Shown in pieces: positions 20,247-44,501 of a DNA stretch of 64,000 nucleotides. The stretch is taken from contig DF237152.1 of assembly GCA_000708835.1 (NCBI GenBank), forward strand, positions 64,938 through 128,937. Reading direction: 5' to 3'. The stretch's first letter is position 1. Each line of letters starts with the position of its first letter. The notes beneath the pieces were generated by a model. It worked only from the letters and a program-made list of their open reading frames with translations, ran no database searches and was not told the origin of the DNA. Origin of the DNA: Klebsormidium nitens (lineage: Eukaryota; Plantae; Klebsormidiophyceae). The translations under genes were made by a program, and so were the position numbers.

Positions 20247-21237
20247 CGTTAGTGCACTGGTCCGGTTGATTCTTAGCTTTGAACATATTGAACGAGTTGG
20301 TCGAAACCAACTATGTACAGATAGAGAGGAATTTTTAGATCATAGGGCGATGAAATGGTCAACACTTTCTGGAAATGAAGCATGTGATTGGAGCAGAAGT
20401 TTGAAGAGTATATGAAAGCGTCGTCGCCGCAATTCAGCCTTCGCCTGGACACTAGCTGTACGTCCCAATCCCTGTATGATGTATCTAACATCACTGTGTC
20501 GCGGATGCTGTTGTGCGTGTCGTCGCGCTCGGTGCCTCGAACGCAACGCAGCAAAAGCTTACCCCAAAAGATGCATGCGCGCCGGCAGCTGCATGACATA
20601 CTTGCATAGCGCAAGATGCCAGCATGGCTTGGGGGAATTCGGCATATGTATGCCCAGCAAACTAGCACTCGTCTTCATGGACTGTCAGCGCCTGGAGATG
20701 CCGCTACAAGACGTTTGATTGTTGCGCTTATCAGGCGAGCTCAGCGAATGAATAGGCCGGTCCGGTTCAACCTTTGGTACGTACGGGAAGCGCGTATAAT
20801 CAAATCACGATATGCCACGTGTCAAATGTCCAAATGATCAGTTGCCGAGATGCCTTTACCTGCTTGTGTCGTAATCAGCAATTGACCACGTTCTGAGTCT
20901 CGTTTTTGACCCCGGCCTGGCTCTACTGTAGGCTCGCGCGATGAGCTCAATCGGACAAAAACGCTGACGATCGCGCGAATTGCACCTCCCTGCTGGGATT
21001 GCATGTCGCTAAGAGATCCAGGACTAAAACAAACGGTGCTTTCACAGCTCGCAACCAACTGTGCATGAGTCATCTCACGGAAGCAGAATTCCTTCCTTTT
21101 AATCTGGGTACGTAACACTGCTTTGTTGGTCTGAACTGCGGGCGCATGCATGCGAGAATCGGAAGACAAGAGGAGCAAAGAGGCGTCGCGGTATCTTCGG
21201 AGTCCGCGGAAAGACCTGTGTCTGCTCTCAAAAGAGG

Positions 21238-23256
21238 ATGGCGGAAATGGTGGACGAAAGCCTGGACCGGACCGTCGAGCGCTGTGCTTCCTTGCTGATG
21301 ACGACAAACCAGGACGACCTGCAAGCGGGAATCAACCTGCTGAGTTGCAGTCTGCACATGGACAACCCAGACGTGACGAAACATTCCAGGTTACTTCAAG
21401 AGGTTGCCGCGTATCGGGGTGGGATCCTTCTAGGGCGACTGCTGTTATCTTTGCTGAAGGAGACTCCTAATGGGACCGAATCAAAGCAAGTGCTGGAGGG
21501 ATATTTCACCTTGGCGCTCTCGATCCTTTCAGCAAGCAAGGTCGTTGTGGAGCGCTGCTTGAGGAGCGACGGAACCAGAGCGGAACCGGAAATTGCCCTG
21601 AAGATTTGTGCTGCGCTGATCCACCGGATTGTAGGCAACGCACGGAATCTACCAAAGAGCGAAGATTTGCGGCACCTAAGCGAAATCGCGATAGCCGACT
21701 CCTTGGAGTGCCTCGTCAACTTTGCGCGGGGTTCCAAGAGATTCCGAGACGCCTTGAGAGACTCATTGGATCAGAGGAGCGGCTTCGAACAATTCAAAGA
21801 TCTTCTAGATGCGGAGTTTCTCAGCAGCCTGTTCGCGCCAGTTGCGCTGAAGATCCGGCTCCATCTATCCAGTCTCGCGGTCAATCTCGCATTCTCAGCA
21901 GACAGTCAATCGTGGGCGATCGACATGGGCTTGCTCAAACTGGTAGCGGCGATCTACGAAGCGTCCCCTCTTCAGGAGCTTTCCGCTCCATCCCAGCGGC
22001 GGATGGCTCCGGCGTTCCGCTGCAACAAAGTCCTGCTCCGCTTGCTCGCGGAGGATACCACAGCGGAAAAGCTCCGCGCGCACAACGCGTTCTCAGAGTT
22101 CCGGCCCCACCAGCGGAAGATCCACGACGCGGAACCGGAGCCCAACCCTTGGCAGTTCTTCGAGCAGAGGCTGCGCGGCGTGACATTCAGAGCCGACACG
22201 CCGGCGATTCTGGCTCAGGACTGGAAACTCGTGGAAGAAAGCTGTAGCGGAAGCGTTCCGGCCCATGTCGTTTGCGCGTACAAGGGGTGCGCGGCCAGCC
22301 GCGAGCCCGTCGTCGGGAAGGGTTTCAGCAAGTGCGGGCGGTGCCACGTGGCGCGCTACTGCAGGTTTGCCGCGTTTTCGGCCCGGCTTCGTTTGACCTT
22401 GGATCTTCGAGTTCCTGAGTGGAGGACGTTTTTGGAACTTCAGTCATATGCCGTCCTCTTTCCTTTCAACGTCCATCTCGAAACAAGAACCGGAATTGCT
22501 TCTCTCTCCCCCTTTCTCTACCGCCTTGTCTTCGTCTAACCGGTCTCCCACAAACTCAATCAACAGCCTTTAGCTTGGGAGTTCATCGGCCGGTCGGTTC
22601 TGTCGATCTAGCATACTACGAACAGCTGACTCTTTTGACATTCTACTTGGCCACTGCTGGATTCATCCAATATGAGAGGCCCTCTTCTGCATCTTGGCAC
22701 AAAGTCTTGAACATTCTTTTCCAATGAATGCTCCTCAATCAACGGCTTTTTGTCTGTACATCTGTTTCAAAAAGTTTGTCGTACAATCACATGCGGAATC
22801 TTTGTACGTTGCGGTGACAGAGGATGTGTCACTACGACCGTCGAGGCAGTACGCCCAGCGAGGTGGATGGAGGTTAAGAGAAGCTGTTTCAGATTGAAAG
22901 AGAATAAGATTAAAGCTAAGGTCCACAATCAGATAAAGGTTAAGTTGTTCAATGTTTGCCAGGTTCCAACATGAGCACAGAACCATTTTCTCCTTCGAAA
23001 GACTTTCAGTAACTGCTACTGACAAGATTGTTAGTGAGAGCGCTTCTGATTCACGTCATCCGCTGTCCGATAAAGATGCACCGCAATCTGCTTCGTATCA
23101 TTCACATTTTAAATGTTGTCGTTTTCACGGGGTCGATAAGCGTCTGCTTTCGCTCATGAGACACGCATCCGATGCAGCAAGGAGCACCAGAAGCTGCACT
23201 GGGCGACCCACAAGGTGCACTGCAAGGAATTTTGGGCAGGCGAAGGGGCCTTGTAG
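21238..23256 (+). CDS. Helical (ARM-like) protein with a C-terminal MYND zinc finger
   Basis: join(21238..22364,23178..23256). The splice TGCAG|GTTTG to GATGCAG|CAAG gives CAYKGC..FSKCGRCHVARYCSKEHQKLHWATHKVHC*, a MYND-type finger. The N-terminal part is Leu/Ala-rich and probably helical. Confidence 0.8.
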
Positions 23257-23603
23257 ATGAATTCGGAGCGCAAGTGTTTGAAGGAGGAGTTTAAGGGATT
23301 CCTGAGTGGACCGTCCGGGAATGTGGGGTGCAGGCCGTGATACTTTTCTTTGTCATAGTGTTCACGCCAAACCAAGAACCGAAAGGGTTCCTTAAGACCG
23401 ATTTTGGAGAGGTGGTACTTTTCCAATGAGTATCTCAACCTGAAGTTGGTCGAAATGCGGCCCATTCCGCCGTATGGCTTTGATTCGACCGCTACGGAGC
23501 TGGCGAGCGGCTGATCGATGGAGAAGGAATGCATTAGCACGGAAGATCCAAGAAGATGACTGCGAGCCCACCCGAACATTTAAATTCAAAAATGCAGCAA
23601 TTG

Positions 23604-23643
23604 GTAATTACGTAATTACGTAATTGCGTAATTGCGTAATTTC
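23604..23643. repeat. Five tandem 8-mers (GTAATTAC x2, GTAATTGC x2, GTAATTTC)
   Basis: Read directly from the sequence. The GTAATTAC unit is self-complementary. Confidence 0.85.
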
Positions 23644-24904
23644 TTAAGATGCGTCAGGTCGATTGCCCATCTTGGCAAACTCCTGTGTTGCCATCACGTA
23701 CGACTGAATCTAAAAACTGGCCAGATCGTCAAGGCTCTATGATGCTCAGCTAGCTGTCAGCCGCAAAGGGATACCTCGACCGGCCTTATAGTGCACATTC
23801 AATCTTGCATGTACTCACATGTACGCGTTTATCTAGATTGCTTTCAAGCTTTTCGGTGGCCGGATCGTTGAATCAATCAGACGGTCGTAGTCCTCTCAAT
23901 AAATGACAATACACTGGCGCGGCAATCAGTCATGTGAACTGATAAATGCATTCTCTATAACTAATTATACAACTATTACAATTCATGCCACGGTAGGCCG
24001 GCCCGGCCACGGAAGGCCGTAGGCGGCCTACGGCCGCAAATTGCCATGGCTGTGCCAGGCCCGTTACGAAAAGAGACCAAGATATCATGAGATCAGCTTT
24101 TAAACGCATACGTCTACGTACATTTATTCCGCGCCAACTTTAAATAGCAGGCAACGGTGAACCTGCGTGTGAGCCGTCTACTGATGACATGGTCGGGTAC
24201 ATGGTTCTTTCCACGGGGGCTATTGGTTTCGGTATTGAGAAGAACGCCTCAAGTCAGCATGACATATGGCACTCAACTATGTTGTACTGTTTCTAATTGC
24301 CAACTTCTCTTATGTAGCTTGGCTATTTTCCCAATCGTGCTTGAGCAATTTGCTTTGATCAAGCGCTCTTGTAACCGTCCGCACGGCAACAACGGCTAAC
24401 GCTTTTTCTGAGCCTGACCTTCCGTGATCATGTTGGTGCACAACTTCTCACTGGCAACAATGGAAGCGGAGCTGGACAATTTATGAGCTGCAACCTCGGA
24501 CAGGATTCTTCCCACGTGCTTGCAATCCAGCCAACCTCAATGTACATGAAGCGGTTGCTCGCGTCAAGTTATAGCTTAGACTAAGCTAAGGAGTTCTGAG
24601 TGTGCTGCTTTACCAAGAAACTTATCGACCTGTCTTGGCACCTCGCTGTACAACCTGGAATACATGATTGTGAATACCGGACGGAACCGAACGACCTACT
24701 CTACACAAGCCTAAGCAATGGATGTTCTTGGGCCTTGCAAACCTGCCTATCTAACCAACAGTACCGACCAGATACGAATGAGCAGCCAGTTCTTCCGCGT
24801 CCTTCTTATCCATCCCCTGCAATGTCTACACACCATCCAATCACCACCCTAGCTGACGAACCCAATGAACCACCAAGCGTCCGAACTTTGCCTCAGCGGC
24901 CAAT

Positions 24905-27900
24905 CTACACCACAACCTTCTTCACGGAAGGCAAGCCCGTCACCGCCTCCCCCTCAATCCCGCACTCGTTCTCGCCGCGCACGATCCGGAAGTACCCGTC
25001 CTCGCCCCAGCCGTAGCCCCACGAATTTGCGATCAGCCAGTAGTCGACACCGTCGTCGGTCGTGCCCCAGCCCATGAGCTTCACGGCATGCCCTCCAAGG
25101 ACGCCGCCGTACAGGTGCTTGTACACGCCGGACTTGTAGTGGGCGAAATCCTGTGCAGGGGCAGTTTTCCAGGACAGAAAACAATTGCTTTCATCTGAAG
25201 CACAGCTGCCTTCGCCCTCTTCCAAGAGGAGCTAACGGTTTTCATTTGAAAACACGCCGGACTTGCAGTGGGCGAAAGTTTGAGCAGGGGACGACCAAAA
25301 CAAGTGAGAGACTGATTCCCGCTCAATGTAGATAGCCAATGCTTCTAAAGAACCATCAATGAAGCTTTCAATAAGAGGTTGATAGGGGGAGGACCATGGC
25401 CCGAGCGGCTGAACACGGGTAGACCAAGAAGGCAGCTCCGACAAGCCTGATTGCGAAGAGGTCCTCGCTTCTCCGCGCCGTTCTCGGCAACGATGAGATT
25501 CGCGGGTAAAATCATACGCACTGGTGACACATTCTCAAGACAGAATGTGAAAACAAGCTGTTCAATCGCGGAACAATTGCTCGACACCACTTGCAAATTC
25601 CGGGAATGGTGACAGTCATTACGTAAACAACATAGATCCTCCTTTTCCACACCTCAAAGAAACCAGTCTTTCTGTGGGTCCAGCAGATCCGAATCGGGAA
25701 GAAAAACCCTACAGAGAGTACTCGAATTGCGTAAAGAATATCACAGAGAGAAGACCAGGAGCACGGAGTTGATCGCATTCCAAGATCTGCTGAAAACGTT
25801 GTTGAAGACGTAGCACCTACTTAACAGGGAACCTAGAACACGAGCAAAGGAGTAAGTGAGGTATCATCATTCTCTTATGTCCGCTCACAAAACTTCCGTG
25901 TCGCAAACAGATTCCTCACCTGGTAGACGGTGAAGGCGACCTCGATCGGCCCGTTCAGGAACAGCTCCTTCTGCAGATCCTCGACGTCGGGCCCAACGGT
26001 GTACACGTTTGCGGCGTAGTGCTTGGAGTCGCCCCACAGCTCGTCGTCCTTGCAGCCGCGGACGCACTTGGGGGTCGGCTTCACGGGGCCGCACCCGGGG
26101 TGCTTGCACGGGACCGTGTCGAAGTAGGGGTCGCACTGCGAGGAGAGACGTTTGGCAGTGTTAGGCCAAATTGCACGGGATCAAGAAGCGAGGAAAGGCG
26201 TGAAGATAGAGCGGATGTGTATTAGAGATACAGATGCAAAGAAGGAGTCGGCTAGACTGGGCTGCACCCGGGGTGCTTGCACGAAAGCATGTCAAAGTAG
26301 GGGTCGAAAGGACGATTGGCCCGTGTCAGAGGAGGAAAGGCGCAATAGATTTTGTGGTATTGAGGACGGTGGTGTCAAAGGCCGAGAAGGGGTCGGCTGC
26401 ACGGGTTTGTATTTATGGTACTCAGAGTCGGGATAGGGATCACACTGTGGAGAGACGAGCGAGCAAGTTGAGCAATGCCAAGCATGGACGGAGACAGAGG
26501 AATGTGGGTAACCACAGCGAAAGGAACGAGGAAAGCAGAGCGGAGATATGAAACGTTGCAATCAGCAAGTGCGCATGCCACGTGACCGTTCATTTCGGCA
26601 ATCTCATTTTGTAAACGCCCAAACTTCACCTTACTCCCATGCGTTTCTTTGCTCACGTGAAAGGCAGCAGAAACACACGTGGTTATAGACAATTTTAGCA
26701 ACGGGACACCACTAACGGACAATTAACACAGCAGGGGAACAGTCCAATGGGTGGCTGCAATTCACCTGCTCAGACACCACTCCGCTCCTCTCAAAGTACT
26801 CCCAGGCCCGCTCCGGCCAGCCCCCCTCGCAGCCGTCGCCGCACTCGAAACCGCAGCAAGACAGCAGGTCGTTTGTGCTCAGCGTGACGTTCTGCAGCAC
26901 AGAAAAGGGTTATGAAACCTTTAAGCACGTCGCTTAAGTGGTTGGATTTAGCGAGCTTATCTCAGTCGTTGGCTGACTGCTTCCAAGAGGTGTTTCGTTC
27001 CCTGGACCTGTTTCTCGATCCATCTTTTATCTGGGCAAACCGAATACTGAAAGCAAAATTATATGCAAGGACTCTCATAAGCCGGAAACAAGTGAAACAG
27101 GAGCAGGGAAGATGTACGAGTGTGACTGCTCCTCCTATCAGAAGAAGGAGGAACACACACACGGTTGAGACTAAGAACAAGCCCCCACCTCGTGCCCCGC
27201 GATGCAGAACCGGTCGGTGAGCACCTCCACCGCGCCGAACGCCCAGCACGAGCCGCAGTGACCCTGGTCGCGGATCGCCGACAGGCTGGGGCACGAGGGC
27301 CACTTCTGGCGAGGGTCAAAGTTCTTGGGAAGCTCCACGTCAGGATGGTGCGAACGCTTCAAGGTGAGCGGCTTTGCCAGGGGGAGGGCGTTAGGGTCGC
27401 CGGCCTTGGATCCACACAGCACCTTCAGATCGTCGACCTGTTTGGAATTGGGATGATTTGAACCTTCTCAACTGAGTCGAGCAGAGAAGCATCTCCGCAA
27501 ACATGTTGGTGGAATTTCCCCATGGTTCAGAAAGGGGAGGAAAAGAGAAACCAAAGAGCGAAGAGCACATCGGTCGGGGTGAATGGGAGTTTGTACATCA
27601 CATTAGCAGGGGATGAGATATACACAGGTTGTATCAGCAAGGGGCCAGCAGAGCACCAACTACTCTCAAAAAGTGCAGAAATGTGAATTGACTGCTAGAA
27701 GGTCTAGATTCGTTATTAGGCTGGCTGATGGCATTGCCTGGAGGAACACAACCCTGGAGGAACACAACATGAGGAAAAAGCCACATGGAGGCAGCTAGGG
27801 TCATTCCAGTGCAGACAAGGAAGAACAGAAGGTGGGGTTGGCAAGGGCATGTGATGGCAGTCCTCTACTTTGGACCGTACATCCGCAGCCTGTTCGTTGT

Positions 27901-29339
27901 TGAGAAGCTGAAAGAATCGATATAAGCAGAACAATCTCAAAGCACAGTGGTACACCAAATCACCATCCTGCCGCTCTCAAGGCGTAATGAGCAAGCTACT
28001 TTGCACAAGGTCAAAAAGCTCAGCTCAGCTAACAGAATGCGGGAACAAGCGATGCTCATGCAAATTGTGAGGAGGTATTAAAAAGTCAAGTGTATCTCAC
28101 AGTGAAACCCTCAAGCCGCTCGTTCTCTCCTGCAACCCAGGTCGCTGAGGGCTCGCTGTTGACGGCGCCGATGATGTCATCCTGCGAAAGCGAGCAGCTG
28201 ATCTTACTACAAAATCCAGAGATACACTGCAGTTGGTCCTGGATGACAAGATAAGCCGAGCAAAGTACTAATCTGCTATTATGAACTCGTACACTTGTAG
28301 ACACAGACTCCATCTCGAAAAAAAGAAAGTGTCCTCATTATCCAGGCAATATGTGCATCACTGCAAGCTGGAGAAGATATGCATTTGGGTAAGGAACATA
28401 TATTGAAGCAAATACTCTAGAAGCGCAGCTCAACTTGCAATGATCACTTTGACATCAAGTAACGGATTTCGCTGTCAAGGCTTTGAGTTGTAACACTAGG
28501 TTTACATTAGCTTGAGGGTCGTACCACTAGGTTTACATCAAAGTTTCAGCAGATGACTGTGAAAGTACTTTGCGTGCTTGATTGCAACAAGAATCTGATG
28601 AAGAGGAACTTCTAAATGGCGATGAGCAGAGTGCAAGAAGTGTAAAAACCACAATAAATCCTTTCGTCATGTTTTTTACAACAACTGCTCAGATCCAGGA
28701 TGTAATCAACAGGGTTGAGGCATCGTAAAACATCGAAGAAAGTTCACCTGAGGAACCAAGATCGCACTAGGATCGACAGTCACTTGCTGAATGAGTGGAT
28801 CAATCGGACGGATAGCCTGCACGATTGCAAGAACAGGCAACATACCCATCATTGCTTGCCTGCTAATATTCAGAGAGATGTAAATGCTTCTTAAAACCAG
28901 GGAGTTTCTGCATAACTTTGAAGCAAACCTTGCCATAGTGCTGATTAACATACAAGGGTCATAAATATTCCTTTGCAAGAAGAAGACATGTACAAAAACA
29001 AGGGAAATGATTGTCACAGGAAGTTTATGATAGAAGGTAAGGACACAAACAGGCCCTGACAGACAATCAGAGCTTCCCTGACGAGTATATCAGCCATGAG
29101 CAATCTATCTGCCGCACAACAAGCGCAAAATAACAGACCTGTGCATCGTGATTGTGAGGTACTTATTGTATTGCCAAAAGTCCTTCACAATCTGGCCAAT
29201 TTCAATAGCTCGTGGAAGCTTGGCCACGAACTTTGCAGATGATGAAAGGTTGTTAAAAGAAGGGAAAAACTCATGCTGGAAAACTTACCTGCGCAGCTCC
29301 AAGCAGCCCAATCAGGAGGAAAGTCCAAAGGAGCTTCAT
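24905..29339 (-). CDS. CathB: Cathepsin B-like cysteine protease (papain family C1A), plant type, 345 aa preproprotein
   Basis: complement(join(24905..25150,25920..26135,26766..26891,27189..27437,28101..28181,28748..28816,29289..29339)) = 1038 nt, all introns phase 0. Signal peptide [15 protein letters not shown]. Catalytic motifs [25 protein letters not shown] and YWLIANSW. Occluding-loop segment [15 protein letters not shown]. Confidence 0.97.
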
Positions 29340-29471
29340 GATGTCAGCTCAAGCTTCAACAGTTTCGTCCTGTCTTTGCTGCTTTCGTAAAACTTCAAAA
29401 AAGTGAAGGCTTGAAGCCTGAAGGGCCCTTGAAACCGAACACCTTCGTCAGAAATTCAAACACTGATGTCA

Positions 29472-29826
29472 GAGCGGGGACAAAGAGAATTAGTACCGGA
29501 CGGAAGCTAAGGCTAGGGGCTGTTGGAACCCTGGACATTGACGTCAGCCTTGGGTTGCGGACCGGGCCTGCTACGTCTTCTTATCTACCATCGGCCGTTC
29601 AAATGTCAGCTACGCCGCCCTACGCGGCATCCGACGGCAAAGGATGCACTTGGAAACCCTGTTACTAGGGATGTAGACAATGTGCATATCAGCCGTCGGA
29701 TAGCCAGTTCTACAAGAATTCGACGCTTCAGAACCAGAGAGGTCCAACTCTGGGTTGACATAACCGCAAATCCAACAGCCCCTAGCCTTAGCTTTCGTCC
29801 GGTACTGATTCTCCTTGTCCCCGCTC
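29472..29826. mobile_element. MITE-like/foldback element (355 bp) with 56-bp terminal inverted repeats
   Basis: 29472..29527 is the reverse complement of 29771..29826 with 3 mismatches. An inner nested stem lies at 29629..29701. There is no ORF and no clear target-site duplication. Confidence 0.55.
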
Positions 29827-30645
29827 GAAGAATGGTGGGCAGGAGTGTCGTCGCGGCGCCTTTTCGAACGACAGTCCAGCTTGAAAGTCGCCCTGCAGGA
29901 TACACCTCAACTGCAAAATCGCAGCGACCGAGAAGAACGTCGGCTCTCCTTCTACGTCGCCAAGAACCGCACCAGTCTGCGGGAGACCGCTGCGCGCCTG
30001 GCGCCGCAGTGTAACTTCTGTCGTTGGATATTCATGTGACCAAATGATCTTACGGTACAAAAGCCTTTGAGTCCCGCCTCGGCTTCCAAAAACCTTCATC
30101 ACGTTCAATGTGCTCTCAGCTCTGACACTGACAGTGACAGTTGACTCTGAGTCTAGGCTCCGAGTCCGACTCCTAGTCATTGTTGTCTTCAGACTTGCAT
30201 TGTTCATGCAGCATGCTCACAATATTCACACGCGCAGGAAGAACCGGCCCAAGTTCCCAGGTGTTCTTGTTCCTTACAATGATACATGTAGCCTGTTGAT
30301 CATTGTAGCTTGGAGCTTGTAGGTACAAGACTTGGTTGGCAGTGTGTTCAATGTTGCATAGCGTCAACGAATGGGACAAGAGAATTGGTAGTGTCAAAGG
30401 AGGTCCTTTGGGCACAGTTTGCACTGAACACAGGTGTGTTGGCTGCTTTGAAGCAGGAATACGTGTGTTGCTATCTAAGATTCAATAGCCGGGACAGAAG
30501 GCGTGTTCTTCGTAGTTTGCGGTCAGCGTTGCTACCGTCTTACTCGGTTTGATCTTCACTGGTCCTTGGCATGAGGCCACCATACAGCATTGTAGAACAC
30601 AATGGGCCCAAAGCACAATCTTGAAGCCCATTTACATGCCGTCAG

Positions 30646-43379
<12,734 letters not shown>

Positions 43380-44501
43380 CGAAAAAACCGACGCTCATTT
43401 CGCTTGTCAAGTGCCAATATTGCACGAGTTGTTCCATGTATGCGCTGGGATAGATATCGTGTTCGATTGCATCAGAAAGTGTGGACTGTATTTCCACTCG
43501 TAACCAGGATTAAAGACCGACTTGGAATGTATTCAAACCCCTTCTTCCGACTATATATGAAAGATTCTCTTCATAGGGTCAGAATTCAAAGCACAATGTT
43601 GGTTGACGGTGCCGGCCAAGGGAGAGCTGGCCAACAATCACCTCCGGAAATATCACGTGTTGCCCCTTGGCCAAAAATCTCAGAATCACATCACGTGGGC
43701 CAAAACCTTCTTTGTATGCGCAGTCCTTGGAGCGTGCAACATGGCAACATCAAGTTTATAGGTGTGTGTAATTGGGGCAATCTAGAGAGCTCCTTAGTTG
43801 GAAACAGCACAGGTACATACGAGTCGATTTTACCTAGCTTCATGATGCATGCAGCGCGGCCGCGCCATGCATGCACAATGTAACATGATACGTGTCCATG
43901 CACTGACCGTCAGCGGCATATGCAGCTCCATGCAATCATGAACGTGCATGATGCGTCGTGCATCGATCATATCACGCGATCGATATGCGGCTGAGTAGGC
44001 CCGTGGCCGGGCTCCTCGCGCTAGCACACCGATGATCAGTAGAACTAGCTTGCAGAGCAAAGCAACCATCGTTGCAGTGCAGTTGATGAAGTCAAACAAT
44101 TGGCTTGCACGCCAGAGTCGATGGCTGCAATCAAAGGATAGGACAGGCTCTGGGCGGCCACAATGCGAGCAGGCCGGACTCTCATTGATCAGCCAATGAT
44201 TTAGATGCACACGGGACTAACTCTTCAGTCCATTTTAGTGACGGATACATGACCAAGCCTGTCTGCTCTTCAAGCAGTTCATAACCAAGACCTTGGAAGT
44301 TGTTCAGACGTTTTCTAATCTTCAAGGACGGTATATGCTCCAACATATTACGGGTCAGCTGTAGTTGAGAATCTTTGCGAGCTCTTCACAAAACGCTGAA
44401 TTTTCGCGATTAGAGGGGCGCCAGATCAAGACCGTTCCCGTCTCCGAGAGATTTCATCTTCATTTCCACAAAAGGAAAGGCGACTTCCCCTGCAAGTGGT
44501 C

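Noticed and set aside
23154-23579. 141-aa minus-strand ORF
   Set aside because: It is antisense to the MYND last exon and 3' UTR, with no motif or splice support.
24017-24070. Helitron-like 3' hairpin
   Set aside because: Not followed by a CTRR terminus, and no matching 5' TC end or Rep/helicase fragment was found.
24905-29339. All six cathepsin B introns are phase 0
   Set aside because: Phase 0 is the commonest class; a run of six is only mildly unlikely and probably ancestral.
30110-30645. First coding exon(s) of RECQ4
   Set aside because: Several donor/acceptor combinations are possible and none gave a convincing homologue-like N-terminus, so it is left unannotated.
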